Shown here in pieces: positions 34,869 to 37,778 of a stretch of DNA of 37,778 nt. Within the stretch, counting starts at the first letter, position 1; each line of letters opens with the position of its first letter. The position numbers and the translations under genes are program-made. Source of the DNA: Octopus bimaculoides (taxonomy: Eukaryota); the NCBI RefSeq assembly GCF_001194135.2, contig NC_068984.1, forward strand, positions 74,100,270 through 74,138,047, written 5' to 3'. Under the pieces are notes generated by a model. It had not been told where the DNA came from, did not search any database, and was given only the letters and a program-made list of their open reading frames with translations.

Positions 34869-34926
<58 letters not shown>

Positions 34927-35025
34927 TATTACAATAATCTTATTATAACTGATATATCAGCAGCTTTAAGAGCTTCACCTCTCCACAAGCAGCAACGACA
35001 TCATCAAAATCATCATAGTCTAATA

Positions 35026-35378
35026 AAGCGGTTTTAAACTGGGGTGCATATAGCCCCTGAAGGTGTATGTAAGATTTTTGGGAGGTCCACGTAACAAAAT
35101 AGTAAATCGGGGATCCACAATAGAATTTTAAGGACTCTTGAAAACATTTAGATGTATGTATTGGTATGTATTGCAAGAAACAGGTAGGTTTCTTTCTCCA
35201 ACACATTGCATAGTTTTACCTACAGAAGTTAGAGTGTGCAAAACAAAATTGGAATTTTGAAAGAAGTTTCTATGAAACTAGTTCTTAAGTATCAAATGGC
35301 AATGGTGGCCCACCAGAATAAAATAGTAATCAAAGAGGTCCATTGATGAAAAAAAGAAAAAATGGTTGAGAACACTTG
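35026..35378 (+). mobile_element. hAT (Charlie-like) MITE with intact TSD
   Basis: 8-bp TSD GTCTAATA at 35018-35025 and 35379-35386; imperfect TIRs aagcggttttaaact / ggttgagaacacttg. Confidence 0.85.
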
Positions 35379-35699
35379 GTCTAATATAATATAAACCCGC
35401 GCTTTCTTATCGATCGCTCCTCAAACAAGCAAGCAAACACACAGTACATTCACCCAATCTTGATGGCCGACAGACGAGCAGACGTACAAACTGACAGATA
35501 CATAAATTATCTTCAGCAAATGTTGAAGTGTGTCGCCAGTAAGAAAACAAGGTAGGAGGGATGCAAGGAAAAGGGGGGCAAAGGAGATAATACGAACAAA
35601 ACAAACAAGAATTTAATCAAGACAAAAGCATTATTATTATTATCATTATTGTTATTATTATTGTTATTATTATTATTATCATTATTATTGTCATTATTA

Positions 35700-36079
35700 G
35701 GATCTTGTTCAAAACGGGGGCACCAGTTTCCATTTATGTTTTATGTAGTGTTTTTGGTACGGAAAGACTTTCAAACTTCGTATACTTATCTATTTTGTGT
35801 TATAGAACAGAAAAAAAATTTTGTATTCGGATTTATTTCATGTAAAAAATTGTCTTATTTCGATAATTTCAACCAATCACAGACAAGTATTCAGCTGTTT
35901 ACACTTATCCTTTGGCACTTTAAGCGGTGTAAAGCGTATTTAATCTCCATTACTTCTGACATTTTGCAGAGGCAACACACGTGTGTTCGTTTTCCCTAAC
36001 CCTAACCCTAACCCTAACACTAACCCTAACCCTAATTGACTTGCTCCTTCCCTCAAAAACCATGCCTTGTGCCTATAAT
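35700..36079. mobile_element. Second Merlin-like copy, left part only (right end in gap)
   Basis: Same 28-bp TIR at 35700-35727 and ~170 bp near-identical to 12514-12690. Confidence 0.8.
35994..36035. repeat. Interstitial telomere-type array (CCCTAA)7, one unit CACTAA
   Basis: Read directly. Confidence 0.95.
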
Positions 36080-36876
36080 NNNNNNNNNNNNNNNNNNNNN
36101 NNNNNNNNNNNNNNNNNNNNNNNNNNNNNNNNNNNNNNNNNNNNNNNNNNNNNNNNNNNNNNNNNNNNNNNNNNNNNNNNNNNNNNNNNNNNNNNNNNNN
36201 NNNNNNNNNNNNNNNNNNNNNNNNNNNNNNNNNNNNNNNNNNNNNNNNNNNNNNNNNNNNNNNNNNNNNNNNNNNNNNNNNNNNNNNNNNNNNNNNNNNN
36301 NNNNNNNNNNNNNNNNNNNNNNNNNNNNNNNNNNNNNNNNNNNNNNNNNNNNNNNNNNNNNNNNNNNNNNNNNNNNNNNNNNNNNNNNNNNNNNNNNNNN
36401 NNNNNNNNNNNNNNNNNNNNNNNNNNNNNNNNNNNNNNNNNNNNNNNNNNNNNNNNNNNNNNNNNNNNNNNNNNNNNNNNNNNNNNNNNNNNNNNNNNNN
36501 NNNNNNNNNNNNNNNNNNNNNNNNNNNNNNNNNNNNNNNNNNNNNNNNNNNNNNNNNNNNNNNNNNNNNNNNNNNNNNNNNNNNNNNNNNNNNNNNNNNN
36601 NNNNNNNNNNNNNNNNNNNNNNNNNNNNNNNNNNNNNNNNNNNNNNNNNNNNNNNNNNNNNNNNNNNNNNNNNNNNNNNNNNNNNNNNNNNNNNNNNNNN
36701 NNNNNNNNNNNNNNNNNNNNNNNNNNNNNNNNNNNNNNNNNNNNNNNNNNNNNNNNNNNNNNNNNNNNNNNNNNNNNNNNNNNNNNNNNNNNNNNNNNNN
36801 NNNNNNNNNNNNNNNNNNNNNNNNNNNNNNNNNNNNNNNNGTATGTATGTATATGTATATATATGCTTCTTTTTAA

Positions 36877-36992
36877 ACAAGAATGTTGTTGACAGTGACT
36901 TTGAGACTTCAGCGCGTTACGTCATCATCGGCAGCCCGATGATGTCTTAACTGGCCGAAACATCGAAGTCATTGTCAAAAACATTCTTTTGT
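36877..36992. mobile_element. Palindromic element with hammerhead-like core
   Basis: Arms acaagaatgttgttgacagtgactttga / tcgaagtcattgtcaaaaacattcttttgt. + strand reads GGCAGC-CCGATGA-T-GTC-TTAACT-GGCC-GAAAC-ATCGAA-GTC-ATTGTC (36930-36976). Confidence 0.55.
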
Positions 36993-37081
36993 ATAAATTT
37001 ACCTGTACTCCACAAAAGCATAGTGTAACCCTCAGATTAATGTAAAAAACAATTTTTTGTTTATGATAACTAAACACTAAA

Positions 37082-37296
37082 GGCAGTGAGCTGGCAAAAT
37101 CATTAGCACGCCGGCCAAAATGCTTAGCCACATTTCGTCTGTCTTTACGTTTTGAGTTCAAATTCTGGGAGGGTGGGCTTCGCCTTTCATCTCTTCAGGA
37201 TTGAAAATTAATTACCAGTTGCTCACTGGGCTTGGTGTAATCAACTTACTCCCTCACCTGAATTTGCTGGCCTTGTGCCAAAAGTTGAAATCATTA
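37082..37296 (+). mobile_element. SINE family A
   Basis: ggcagtgagctggcaaaatcattagcacgccgg head; core and tail present. Confidence 0.88.
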
Positions 37297-37778
37297 TGAA
37301 TAAAAATAAAAATAAACACATACATACACACAATCACACACACACAAACATACACACATACACACAAGCACACACACACAACACACACACATATATATAC
37401 ATATATATGTACATATATATATGTATAGAGATTTTTGAAAAACATGCACCTTATTATAATAAAGCCCTGCAAGAAGCGGGATATACTAATAATATAAAGT
37501 TTTTTAATAATCCGAATTATTTTTATAATAGTAGTAATAATAATTATAATAATAATGACCTTTTTAATAAACATAACTTTTATACTCATGATAATGTCTT
37601 CTTAGGTAATAATAAGAATAATAAGAATAATTGGTATTATAATAAATTACCTAAACATAAACTTAATTTTAATGGTAACAATTTTAAATATTTTAATTTT
37701 TTTAATGATAATAATAAATTTAATAATACGAATAATAAATTCAATAATATCTATAATAAGAACAAACTCTGGTTAATT

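Larger units (their letters stand above)
8641..36840. other. Assembly gaps (N-runs): 8641-9131, 12742-12826, 15099-15753, 18328-18922, 21782-21970, ~24127-24423, 36080-36840; also 3250-3259 and 4570-4588
   Basis: Read directly; most gaps abut microsatellites. Real exons could be hidden in them. Confidence 0.95.

Noticed and set aside
35994-36035. True chromosome end
   Set aside because: Only seven units, flanked by non-telomeric sequence on both sides.
8478-36950. ORFs of 200-306 aa in the track (8478, 14944, 18189, 23805, 35981, 36036 and others)
   Set aside because: They are long only because they cross N-gaps translated as X.

Overview
AT-rich, microsatellite-dense animal genomic DNA with nine N-gaps. 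The SINE families look like those I recall from octopus (coleoid cephalopod); that taxon call is inference, not a database result. I cannot confidently call any intact host protein-coding gene: the long ORFs in the track are microsatellite or N-gap artefacts. The window is mostly decayed mobile elements. These include about 25 copies of one tRNA-headed SINE stacked in head-to-tail arrays, three further SINE-like families, RTE and R4/Dong-type LINE fragments, mariner and maT (Tc1/mariner) transposase relics, a Helitron helicase relic plus two more Helitron 3' ends, three hAT MITEs, and a Merlin-like element with perfect 28-bp TIRs and an 8-bp TSD. The most notable unannotated signal is a set of hammerhead-ribozyme motifs from several unrelated sequence families. 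One is near-canonical type I at 22854-22898, at the tip of a roughly 48-bp G-U-rich stem, and three are head-to-head palindromic elements with a hammerhead-like core in each arm. Also of note: an 87-bp perfectly identical inverted SINE segment 7.5 kb apart, a telomere-type array inside a DNA transposon, and weak promoter/exon candidates for a minus-strand gene.
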